64,000 nucleotides of DNA from assembly GCA_046116545.1 (NCBI GenBank), contig CP175956.1, positions 641,734 through 705,733 on the forward strand, in the 5' to 3' direction. Position 1 is the first letter of the stretch. Each line of letters opens with the position of its first letter. The notes below the pieces were generated by a model. That model saw only the letters and a program-made list of their open reading frames with translations. It did no database searches and was not told where the DNA came from. Positions 49,490-58,423 of this stretch are shown here, piece after piece. The translations under genes and the position numbers were made by a program. Origin of the DNA: Candidatus Moraniibacteriota bacterium. Its GTDB lineage: Bacteria; Patescibacteriota; Minisyncoccia; Moranbacterales; GCA-2747515.

Positions 49490-49582
49490 CTAGTTTTTTG
49501 AAAAATAAAGGGGTTAGAAAATATATTTTTCTAACCCCTGCTATTCTATTGTTCCTATGTTATTTTACAACAATTCTCTATT

Positions 49583-50122
49583 CTATATTTTTCCTGTTAG
49601 GAGGTAGAAGAGTCTTGAGATAAGTTCTCTTGGAATAAATATCCACGCATTTCTCGTCCATATTTGATCTGACAAATGATCATATGGAACTTTTTTAGTG
49701 GCTACAACCAAGGTATCAAGTCCTAACTTTTTAGCTGTCATTACACAACGCCAGCAATGCTGTGGGTGTGCAAGAATAATTGATCTACGCCACCCATTTT
49801 TTTCACAAATATCTTTTGATTGAGCAATCACTTCATAAGTATCAAGATATTTACCTTTTTCCTGATGTTTCCTGACAACTCCCGCCTTTGAAACATCATT
49901 GATACAATCAGCAATTTCCCATTGTAAAATTAATGGTACACAGTATTTTTTATGCACCTCTTTGGCAATATCTGCCAATTCTTCGTTACTTTTACCAGGA
50001 TCATCATTTGGTCGGTTACCAAAAGACTGTCCAATCAATACATCAGCTTTTTTCAAACAATCTTCAGAATCACTGGGCATATGCCACACAAAGAAACATT
50101 CAATCATTTTTTTAATAAACAT
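49583..50122 (-). CDS. DUF218 (YdcF/SanA-like) family protein
   Basis: ...VLIGQSFG... and ILAHPQHCWRC resembling the DUF218 conserved SxYHxxR region; strong RBS AGGAGG. Confidence 0.45.
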   Translation of the reverse strand: MFIKKMIECFFVWHMPSDSEDCLKKADVLIGQSFGNRPNDDPGKSNEELADIAKEVHKKYCVPLILQWEIADCINDVSKAGVVRKHQEKGKYLDTYEVIAQSKDICEKNGWRRSIILAHPQHCWRCVMTAKKLGLDTLVVATKKVPYDHLSDQIWTRNAWIFIPRELISRLFYLLTGKI

Positions 50123-50245
50123 AGCAAGCCTCCTTGATTGTTTATGAAGTTTTTTCTTATGCTATTAAATCAATAATAACTTGAAATATTAACATATTTT
50201 CATGATTTTGTAAAGACTACATGACTTTATTTCCTACATAAAATC

Positions 50246-50272
50246 GTTCGAACCTCCTCCCATAGGACCCAC
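50246..50272 (-). repeat. repeat core copy F
   Basis: GTGGGTCCTATGGGAGGAGGTTCGAAC on the minus strand; preceded by terminator hairpin 50283-50312 of gene 50328-50573. Confidence 0.8.
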
Positions 50273-50327
50273 AAATTTAAAACTGTCTATCTTAATTTTA
50301 AGATAGACAGTTTTTTACATTATTTAC

Positions 50328-50573
50328 TTAAGTATCACTAGTAGATGACTTAGTGCTTCCTATAGCTTTGCTAATTTTAGGATCCTCACCTTTTTTTGAC
50401 GTATAGGCTATATTTATAGTTGCCGTCCATTTCAGAGATTTTTTTCTATCAGTATCTTTTAATAAAATGTTGTGCCATTTTTCTTTTTCATCTTCTTTTC
50501 CATACAAAAAACCTAAATAAAGCATTATGCCAGTAACTATCAGAAAAAAGATTATGCCAATACCTATATACAT
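50328..50573 (-). CDS. small membrane protein
   Basis: 81 aa, N-terminal TM helix. Confidence 0.4.
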   Translation of the reverse strand: MYIGIGIIFFLIVTGIMLYLGFLYGKEDEKEKWHNILLKDTDRKKSLKWTATINIAYTSKKGEDPKISKAIGSTKSSTSDT

Positions 50574-50721
50574 TTATCGCCCCCTACATTAGCTAAAATA
50601 AATTATGGACATGTTAACTAAACAGGATTAAATAATATCAAACATCATATATCTTTGCAACAAAAAATAAATGGTCACATTATTAATGTGACCATTTATT
50701 TAAAGAATAATTCTTTAAAGT

Positions 50722-52359
50722 TTATTTTTTAGCAACTTTTATAAACTCATTGAAAAGTGGATGTGGATTTAATGGTGTTGATTGAAATTCTGGATGAAAT
50801 TGCGTTGCTAGATAGAATGGATGCTTCTCTTTTGGTAATTCTACTATTTCCATTAATATACCATCAGGTGATTTTCCTGAGAATACTAGTCCGGCATCTT
50901 CAATTTGTTGTATGTATTCTGGGTTTACTTCATATCTATGACGATGCCTTTCTAATACTTCTGCTTTTTTATAAGCTTTTCTTGCTATTGTTTTTGGTGC
51001 AATTTTTGCTGTATATGAACCCAACCTCATTGATCCACCAAAATCTTTTTTCTTTAATTTTTCTTTTTGCTCGGGCATTATATCTATCACTAAGTTTTTT
51101 GCTTTACTATCAATTTCTGGTGAAGTTGCCCCCTTTATACCTGCTACATTTCTCGCAAAATCGATAACAGCTATTTGCATACCATAACAAAGTCCAAAAT
51201 ATGGAATCTTATTTTCACGACAATAACCTGCAACATTAATTTTGCCTTCAATCCCACGTGAACCAAATCCACCTGGTACAACTATTCCATCATACTCCTT
51301 TAAATCTTTTAATTTATTTTTGTCATTTTCATACACAGAGCTATCTAACCAAGCTAACTCTGGCTTGCAACCATTTTGATATGAAGCATGTTTTATAGCC
51401 TCTATGACGCTTATATACGCATCTGAGAGTACAAAATCACCTGTTTCAAAGTACTTTCCTACAATTCCAATTTTTACAGTCTTTTTTGCATTATCTATCT
51501 TTTGAGTAAATGTTTCCCAATCTGACATATCTCTCTTGCGAGCTTTAAGTCCTAATTTTTTCAGCACAATATTGCTTAAATTATCCCTTTCAAAATTAAG
51601 GGGTACATGATAGATGCTGTCTACATCAGGAGCACTTATCACACTATTTTTATCAACAGCACAACTCATAGCAATCTTTTCTTTTCTTTTTTCATCCATA
51701 GGAACCTCTGAACGAGCTACGATTATATCTGCTTGTATTCCAGCACTATTAAGTGTACGAGATGCATATTGAGTTGGCTTTGTTTTCATTTCACCAACTT
51801 TACTTGGGAGTGGCACATAACTTACCAATACAAACAAAACATCATTTGGTCGTTTAGTCTTAAGCATTCTAGCAGCTTCCAAGAACAATAGACTTTGATA
51901 TTCCCCAATTGTTCCACCAATCTCTGTAATAATTACTTCAGCATCTTCTTTTTTCCCAGCTTTTTCAATTCTGCTTATAATTTCAAGTGGAATATGAGGT
52001 ACTACCTCTACACATTTGCCGTTGTATCCACCTGCACGTTCTCGCTCGATAACTGACTGATATACACGACCTGTAGTCATATAATTTGAACTTGGTAGAG
52101 TTATATCAAGAAATCTTTCATAATTTCCCATATCCTGATCTGTTTCATCTCCATCAGCAAGTACAAAAACCTCACCATGTTCAGTAGGATTCATAGTCCC
52201 AGCATCTACATTGATATAAGGATCAACCTTTAATGCCGTTACAGAAAAACCTCGCGACTGCATAAGTTTAGCAATAGAAGATGTTGTAATACCTTTTCCA
52301 ACTCCGCTCATAACTCCCCCAACTACAAATATGTACTTCTTATTCTTCTTTTTTGCCAT
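50722..52359 (-). CDS. pyrG: CTP synthase
   Basis: N-terminal synthetase domain (GGVMSGVGKG) and C-terminal glutamine amidotransferase (GLCYGMQ, H...E). Confidence 0.95.
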   Translation of the reverse strand: MAKKKNKKYIFVVGGVMSGVGKGITTSSIAKLMQSRGFSVTALKVDPYINVDAGTMNPTEHGEVFVLADGDETDQDMGNYERFLDITLPSSNYMTTGRVYQSVIERERAGGYNGKCVEVVPHIPLEIISRIEKAGKKEDAEVIITEIGGTIGEYQSLLFLEAARMLKTKRPNDVLFVLVSYVPLPSKVGEMKTKPTQYASRTLNSAGIQADIIVARSEVPMDEKRKEKIAMSCAVDKNSVISAPDVDSIYHVPLNFERDNLSNIVLKKLGLKARKRDMSDWETFTQKIDNAKKTVKIGIVGKYFETGDFVLSDAYISVIEAIKHASYQNGCKPELAWLDSSVYENDKNKLKDLKEYDGIVVPGGFGSRGIEGKINVAGYCRENKIPYFGLCYGMQIAVIDFARNVAGIKGATSPEIDSKAKNLVIDIMPEQKEKLKKKDFGGSMRLGSYTAKIAPKTIARKAYKKAEVLERHRHRYEVNPEYIQQIEDAGLVFSGKSPDGILMEIVELPKEKHPFYLATQFHPEFQSTPLNPHPLFNEFIKVAKK

Positions 52360-52458
52360 AGTTTTTTGATTAATTATATTTATAAAGATAAAGAGCCACC
52401 TCCCCTTAGAAGAAGCAACTCTTTGCCATATTTGTTGCTAATTTAAATGTAAACTTTC

Positions 52459-52902
52459 TTAGCCAGCTACTACCGTAACTATTACACCAGCTTTCACACC
52501 ACTATCATAATCTATTTTTATCTCTACTGTAGTTAATTCTTTTATTGGAGCATCGAGTAACACATTTTTTTCATCAATTTCAACTCCATGTTCAGATGTT
52601 ATTGCATCTGCAATATCCTTTTTTGTAACAGAACCAAATAATTTATCTCCTTTTGCCTTTGATATAATTGTTACTTTTTTCTTATCAATTTTTGCTGCGT
52701 CTTTTTTTATTTGCTCAATTTTTTCAGCATCTTCTTTTTCATCTTGAGCATTCTTTCTATCTAACTCAGCAATTGATTCTTTTGTTGCTGGTTTTGCTAT
52801 TCCACGAGGAATCAGACTATTAAACGCAAAACCATCCGATGCATTTACTATAGCACCCTTCTTCCCCAACTTCTTATCATCTTGTAGTAATATTACTTTC
52901 AT
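52459..52902 (-). CDS. rplI: 50S ribosomal protein L9
   Basis: MKVILLQDDKKLGKKGAIVNASDGFAFNSLIPRGIA signature; start set at MKVILL. Confidence 0.85.
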   Translation of the reverse strand: MKVILLQDDKKLGKKGAIVNASDGFAFNSLIPRGIAKPATKESIAELDRKNAQDEKEDAEKIEQIKKDAAKIDKKKVTIISKAKGDKLFGSVTKKDIADAITSEHGVEIDEKNVLLDAPIKELTTVEIKIDYDSGVKAGVIVTVVAG

Positions 52903-52912
52903 ACTTTTGAAA

Positions 52913-53590
52913 TTATACATTAGTTAAATTGTTGACGCAAGATTCTTTATGAAATGAATGAACCATTGTAAAATACGCAGTCAATGCCTTGAAAAAATCA
53001 ATATCATTTTCTGCTTCTTCACTATACGGCAAAACAACACAAGTACGCAAGTTTTTGTCTTCAACCTCAGAATAAACAAAGAGTAAATCCTTGTGCCTAT
53101 ATGTATGTGAATTTACTTCTTTACAAAATAATTTATCTGGTAAATGCTTAAATCTCGCATCTGCTCCAACTTTATGATACGATTCTTGTCGTTTAATATC
53201 AATGAATCTCATACAAAAATGGTCCGTATACGGTAATAAATTCATGGCACTTCTTACAGCCTCTTTGCAATCAGCATTTTCATCCAAATGAGATAAATCA
53301 GAAAAAATTTCATACATTATATCGGTTCTGCGATTTGCTTGACCTATATACGAATATGATTCCGATAAATCTTTTTGCGATCGAACCACAGATCTCTGCA
53401 ACTTTATCTTATCTTTTATTGTCTCAAATACTTGATAATCTCTAAGTCGATACAAACCGAAGCTAATGATTCCCGCAAATAATAAAATTACGGCTTCTGT
53501 TTCATCTTCTGTAAAGATCCACCAAGAATCATTTATGATAAAAGGTGTTGCTACCATCACTATAAATACCGTCAGATAAATAAAAAACAT
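52913..53590 (-). CDS. hypothetical membrane protein
   Basis: 225 aa, two N-terminal TM helices; no family recognised. Confidence 0.4.
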   Translation of the reverse strand: MFFIYLTVFIVMVATPFIINDSWWIFTEDETEAVILLFAGIISFGLYRLRDYQVFETIKDKIKLQRSVVRSQKDLSESYSYIGQANRRTDIMYEIFSDLSHLDENADCKEAVRSAMNLLPYTDHFCMRFIDIKRQESYHKVGADARFKHLPDKLFCKEVNSHTYRHKDLLFVYSEVEDKNLRTCVVLPYSEEAENDIDFFKALTAYFTMVHSFHKESCVNNLTNV

Positions 53591-53596
53591 ATAAAT

Positions 53597-54460
53597 TTAT
53601 TTAATAGTTGCAATATACTCTCTTAACTTATCTTTTACTTCTGGATGTTTTAATCCCATTTGGATAGTTGCTTGCAAAAACCCAAATTTATCACCACAAT
53701 CATATCTTTGTCCTTCTACTTCATGACCATACATTTTTTTATTATCCTCTAGCATTCTTACAAATGCATTTGCCAATCTAATTTCTCCTTTATCGTTCAC
53801 AGATTCTTCCAACTTTTCAAATACTTCTGGTGTAATAATATATTTACCCACAGCTACAAGATTTGATGGAGCATCTTCTGTTTTGGGTTTTTCTACAAAT
53901 TCTTTTATTTCACAAGTACGTCCATCTATATTTATAGGATCCACAACACCAAAGCGATGTACATCCTCTTTTTCTACCTGACAAAGTGCAACAACCGGAT
54001 CACCTTTTTCTTCATGAACATCCATCAACTGTTTAATAGCAGGAATTTCCCCATCTATCAAATCATCACCAAACAAAACTGCTACAGATTCCCCTGGATG
54101 CACTAAATGCCTTGCACACAATATCGCATGACCATCCCCTAACGGCTCAGGTTGCCTTACATAAGAAAACTTTGCTAATTTTGCAACTTTTCTTACTTCT
54201 TCTAAAGCTTCTTTTTTATCTTTCTCAACAAGAGTTTTCTCAAGTTCAAAAGATACATCAAAATGATCTTCAATAGCTCGTTTACCACGACCTGTTACGA
54301 ATATAATTTCTTCAATACCAGATGCTACTGCCTCCTCAACTAAATACTGAATGACTGGTTTATCAACAACAGGAAGCATCTCCTTTGGCTGTGCTTTTGT
54401 TGCAGGTAAAAAACGGGTTCCAAACCCAGCTACTGGTAAAATTGCTTTTTTTATTTTCAT
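53597..54460 (-). CDS. galU: UTP--glucose-1-phosphate uridylyltransferase
   Basis: KKAILPVAGFGTRFLPATKAQPKEMLPVVDKPVIQY signature. Confidence 0.85.
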   Translation of the reverse strand: MKIKKAILPVAGFGTRFLPATKAQPKEMLPVVDKPVIQYLVEEAVASGIEEIIFVTGRGKRAIEDHFDVSFELEKTLVEKDKKEALEEVRKVAKLAKFSYVRQPEPLGDGHAILCARHLVHPGESVAVLFGDDLIDGEIPAIKQLMDVHEEKGDPVVALCQVEKEDVHRFGVVDPINIDGRTCEIKEFVEKPKTEDAPSNLVAVGKYIITPEVFEKLEESVNDKGEIRLANAFVRMLEDNKKMYGHEVEGQRYDCGDKFGFLQATIQMGLKHPEVKDKLREYIATIK

Positions 54461-54558
54461 ACGTTATATACTCATTTAATTTAACTACATCCTTATTGTA
54501 TAAGAAAAAAGACGGTTTTGTAAAGCACAAAACCGTCTTGTATAAAGTTACTTAGAAA

Positions 54559-55374
54559 TTAATAACAAAGCACTTTATGGAAATCAAAGTTCTCATATGG
54601 AGCAAATTGATTTATAGCATCTACTAAAGGAGTATGAAAATTCTGCAATAAAGTATTATCCCTAACAATATCAGTTGCTCTTGCATATGATTTGTGTGTT
54701 CCTGCATCCATCCACACACTATCCTCAGCTAATTGCGTAACACTTAGTTGATTATCCCTAAGATACGCGTTATGTACTTCTGTAATCTCAAGTTCTCCAC
54801 GCTTAGATGCTGTAAGAGTCATTGCAATTTCTGTTACATTAGCATCAAATGTGTATAAACCCGGTATGACAAAATCACTGATCCATTGCAAAGGTTTTTC
54901 AATAATGTCTAGCACATCACCATTATTGTCAAGAATCACAACTCCAAACCTATTTGGATGTAATGATTTTTTCGCAAGAATATGACCACCTCCTTTAAAA
55001 TTCTTTATCACTTTTGTAATTGTAGGAATATCACCAAAAATATTATCTCCTAAAATTAAAGTCACATCATCAGTGCCTATAAATCCTCTGCAAATAATAA
55101 AAGCTTCTGGAATACCTAAAGGCTCTTCTTGAACCTGCCAAGAGATATCAACATCTATGAATCGTAACATTGGATCAAGCAATGTCATGAATTCACCTGC
55201 ATGTGCCGAAGAAACAACTATTGCTATTTCTTTAATCCCAGCACTTAGTAAAGTGTTTAGTGGGTAAAATATCATAGGCAAACCCGCAATTGGCAGCATT
55301 TGCTTAGATTTCTTCCTTGTAAGTGGATATAATCTTTTTCCACTTCCTCCTGCTAAAATAATTCCTTTCATCAA
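54559..55374 (-). CDS. sugar-phosphate nucleotidyltransferase, RmlA/RfbA-like short form (paralog 1)
   Basis: GIILAGGSGKRLYPLT motif; about 50% identical in pattern to the neighbouring gene. Confidence 0.7.
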   Translation of the reverse strand: MMKGIILAGGSGKRLYPLTRKKSKQMLPIAGLPMIFYPLNTLLSAGIKEIAIVVSSAHAGEFMTLLDPMLRFIDVDISWQVQEEPLGIPEAFIICRGFIGTDDVTLILGDNIFGDIPTITKVIKNFKGGGHILAKKSLHPNRFGVVILDNNGDVLDIIEKPLQWISDFVIPGLYTFDANVTEIAMTLTASKRGELEITEVHNAYLRDNQLSVTQLAEDSVWMDAGTHKSYARATDIVRDNTLLQNFHTPLVDAINQFAPYENFDFHKVLCY

Positions 55375-55466
55375 TTAGTCTCCTTGTATATTTTTAAAAT
55401 ACATCTTACCTCAAAGAACAGTATTATACACTTTAGTATAAAAAAAATTTTATAGCAAGAAACTAA

Positions 55467-56300
55467 TTAGGCTATATCTTTACATGCAAGAAGTTGTGCC
55501 TTCCCTATTGCTTTATTACGAGTAAAACCTTTTTCTAACGCATCTACTACTATTGGATCAAAGTCATCCATGAACTTATTGTCAGCAGCAAAATTATCCA
55601 CTTCGCGCAAAGATTCTTTTGTACCAGCATCAAACCATGCTCCATTTAACTTACTTAACTGTAAGTTTCCTTTTTCTAAATAATGATTATGCAAATCAAC
55701 AATTTCAAGCTCACCTCGTTCAGAAGCTTTTAAATCTCTAGAAATTTCTACAACCTCATTGTCATAGATATACGCACCTGTAACTGCCAAATTACTATCA
55801 GGATTCTCTGGCTTTTCAACTATATTAGTTACAACATTATTATCATCAACTGTCGCTACACCAAATCGTTCAGGATCTTGAACTTCCTTTGCAAATACAT
55901 GACCGCCATCCTCAAAACCTTTTATAGCAGTAACTATTGTATCTGTATCTTGAAAAATATTATCTCCAAGAATTAAAGTTACATTATCATTTCCTATAAA
56001 TGGAGCCCCGATTGTAAATGCTTCCGGAAGCCCTGCTGGAACTTCTTGAATTCCAGATAAAATGTTTATTCCATGTGGTCTAAACAACGGCTCCAACATA
56101 TTCATAAACTTTCCACTATGTTCTGGAGATACAATCACTAAAATATCAGTAATTCCAGCCTTAATAAGAACATTTAATGGATGAAATACCATAGGAACTC
56201 CACCAACTGGCAACATCTGTTTGGATGTTTGTGCAGTAAGTGGCCACAAGCGTGATCCAGTTCCTCCTGCTAATATTATTCCTTTCATTTTTTTCTTCAT
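55467..56300 (-). CDS. sugar-phosphate nucleotidyltransferase, RmlA/RfbA-like short form (paralog 2)
   Basis: GIILAGGTGSRLWPLT motif; tandem paralog. Confidence 0.7.
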   Translation of the reverse strand: MKKKMKGIILAGGTGSRLWPLTAQTSKQMLPVGGVPMVFHPLNVLIKAGITDILVIVSPEHSGKFMNMLEPLFRPHGINILSGIQEVPAGLPEAFTIGAPFIGNDNVTLILGDNIFQDTDTIVTAIKGFEDGGHVFAKEVQDPERFGVATVDDNNVVTNIVEKPENPDSNLAVTGAYIYDNEVVEISRDLKASERGELEIVDLHNHYLEKGNLQLSKLNGAWFDAGTKESLREVDNFAADNKFMDDFDPIVVDALEKGFTRNKAIGKAQLLACKDIA

Positions 56301-56319
56301 ATATTTTGATTTTTACGAC

Positions 56320-57555
56320 TTATTTATACAATGGAAATTTTTTACAAAGTGTTAATACTTCTTTTCGTATTTTCTTTAATTCCTTTGCATTATCAATATT
56401 ATCACAAACATCATTCATCCAACCAGCAATAAGTAACATTTCTTCTTCCTCCATTCCACGGGTTGTTACAGCAGGGACACCTAATCTTACGCCGGATGGA
56501 TCAAATGGACTTCTTTCATCATCTGGTATCATATTTTTATTAAGTGTCATCCCAGCAATATCCAAAGCCGTTTCAACTTGTTTTCCTGTGAGATTTTTAT
56601 TCTTAATAGTATCAATAAGCATCATATGATTTTCAGTCTTACCAAAGCAAATATGAAATCCATAACCTTGCAATGCCTCCTGTAAAACTTTTGCATTTTC
56701 CACAACTTGCTTAGCATATATTTTGAAAGATGGCTTCAATGCTTCTCCAAAAGAAACGGCTTTTGCTGCAATATTATTCATGTGAGGACCTCCTTGGAAT
56801 CCTGGAAATGTCGCCTTATCAATTGCGGCTGCATATTTTTTCTTACAAAGAATCATACCTCCCCTAGGACCTCTCAAAGTTTTGTGAGTTGTTGTAGTTA
56901 CAACATCACAATACTTAACAGGATTTGCTAATACTCCACCAGCTACAAGTCCAGCAATATGCGCCATATCCATCATCAAAATTGCATCAACTTCATTTGC
57001 AATTTTTCTAAACTTCGCATAAGAAAGATTTCTAGAATAAGAACTAAATCCAGCAAGTATCATTTTTGGTTTATGCTTTTTTGCCATCTTCAACAATTCA
57101 TCATAATCTATTGTTCCATCTTCTTTTGTTTTATATCTAACAAAATTATATATTTGAGCAGAAAGAGTCACAGGATGACCATGAGTAAGATGTCCACCAT
57201 GACCAAGATCCATGCCAAGTACAGTATCTCCTGGTTCAAGCAAAGCACTATAAACTATCATATTTGCAGGAGCACCAGAGTGAGGTTGAACATTTACATG
57301 AGCAGCACCAAAAAGCTTCTTTGCTCTATCGATTGCTAATTGCTCTACTTCATCTGTAAATTCTTGTCCACCATAATATCTCTTTCCTGGATAGCCTTCT
57401 GAGTATTTATTTGTCATCACGCTTCCAAGTGCTTCCAAAACAGCCTCCGAAACATAGTTTTCAGATGCAATTAATTCCAATCCTTCTTCTTGTCTTTTTA
57501 ATTCTCCTTTGATAGTTTTATAAACCTGTTTATCAGCTTTTTGTAAATTTTTCAT
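56320..57555 (-). CDS. glyA: serine hydroxymethyltransferase
   Basis: SHMT PLP-site region ([14 protein letters not shown]); start at [13 protein letters not shown]. Confidence 0.95.
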   Translation of the reverse strand: MKNLQKADKQVYKTIKGELKRQEEGLELIASENYVSEAVLEALGSVMTNKYSEGYPGKRYYGGQEFTDEVEQLAIDRAKKLFGAAHVNVQPHSGAPANMIVYSALLEPGDTVLGMDLGHGGHLTHGHPVTLSAQIYNFVRYKTKEDGTIDYDELLKMAKKHKPKMILAGFSSYSRNLSYAKFRKIANEVDAILMMDMAHIAGLVAGGVLANPVKYCDVVTTTTHKTLRGPRGGMILCKKKYAAAIDKATFPGFQGGPHMNNIAAKAVSFGEALKPSFKIYAKQVVENAKVLQEALQGYGFHICFGKTENHMMLIDTIKNKNLTGKQVETALDIAGMTLNKNMIPDDERSPFDPSGVRLGVPAVTTRGMEEEEMLLIAGWMNDVCDNIDNAKELKKIRKEVLTLCKKFPLYK

Positions 57556-57718
57556 TTCAAAAATCATTAATATCATTACGACAATATTGTAACATAAATA
57601 CTAGATTACCACACTCAAACACTTGATTTTTTAGAAAATATAATGTAATATTTCCAGTTAATGCAGTGATTTATAAAATAGCATTATTATATAGCAATTT
57701 AACAACACGAGGTGAATT

Positions 57719-58366
57719 ATGAAGATCAGCAAACAACGAATGGTGTTTTTAGAATTTATATGTAAAGTAGTTGGAATAAAAGCACCTACTACTACTAGCT
57801 ACATAGGTAGCTTTTGTATAACGTTTAATTCAACACCCGAAGAATTACAAGAATTTAGTTCGTCTATTGAATATTGTGTACCTGTACCATGGTTAGATGT
57901 ATTATTTCCCAAAATGAACTCAGATCAATTTGAAAAATATGATATATTAACTTCAGCAATTTGCTCACCGTTAAGAGATCCTATTTTTTACACGGGAATT
58001 GACCAAACTACTGCAAGTAGACCTGACTATGGAGGTCCTCGCAGTGATCCTAACTACAGAGCTCCTTATAAAAGGAAAATCTCTCCTATTGAGACAGTCT
58101 CAAAGAAAGTACTTAAAGTTGTGGGCAAACCGCCAAAATCAGAAGTAAATCTTACACAGAAAAGACTGGATGATCTCATACAAATGGCTATTAATCTATC
58201 TGAAAAAGATGGAATGGTTAATAGATATTTATTCAAAAAAGTTTTAGGTAATATGATTCCAAATACTTACGCTATACGTACATCTCCATTAAAAACAACA
58301 CTCGTAAATAAAAGCGACTCTACAAAAACAGAATTTCCCTTTAAAGAAAGAGTGAAATTCACATAA
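57719..58366 (+). CDS. hypothetical protein
   Basis: 215 aa; RBS GAGGTG; bidirectional terminator at 58370-58420. Confidence 0.4.
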   Translation: MKISKQRMVFLEFICKVVGIKAPTTTSYIGSFCITFNSTPEELQEFSSSIEYCVPVPWLDVLFPKMNSDQFEKYDILTSAICSPLRDPIFYTGIDQTTASRPDYGGPRSDPNYRAPYKRKISPIETVSKKVLKVVGKPPKSEVNLTQKRLDDLIQMAINLSEKDGMVNRYLFKKVLGNMIPNTYAIRTSPLKTTLVNKSDSTKTEFPFKERVKFT

Positions 58367-58423
58367 CCAAAAAACCACAATTATCAAAATTGATAAATGT
58401 GGTTTTATTTTTTGTCACCAAAT

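Noticed and set aside
47980-50312. Canonical integron with attC sites
   Set aside because: The repeats are highly conserved along their length rather than only at the ends, lack GTTRRRY/RYYYAAC core sites, and no intI-like integrase or attI is present in the window. It is retained only as a cassette-like analogy.
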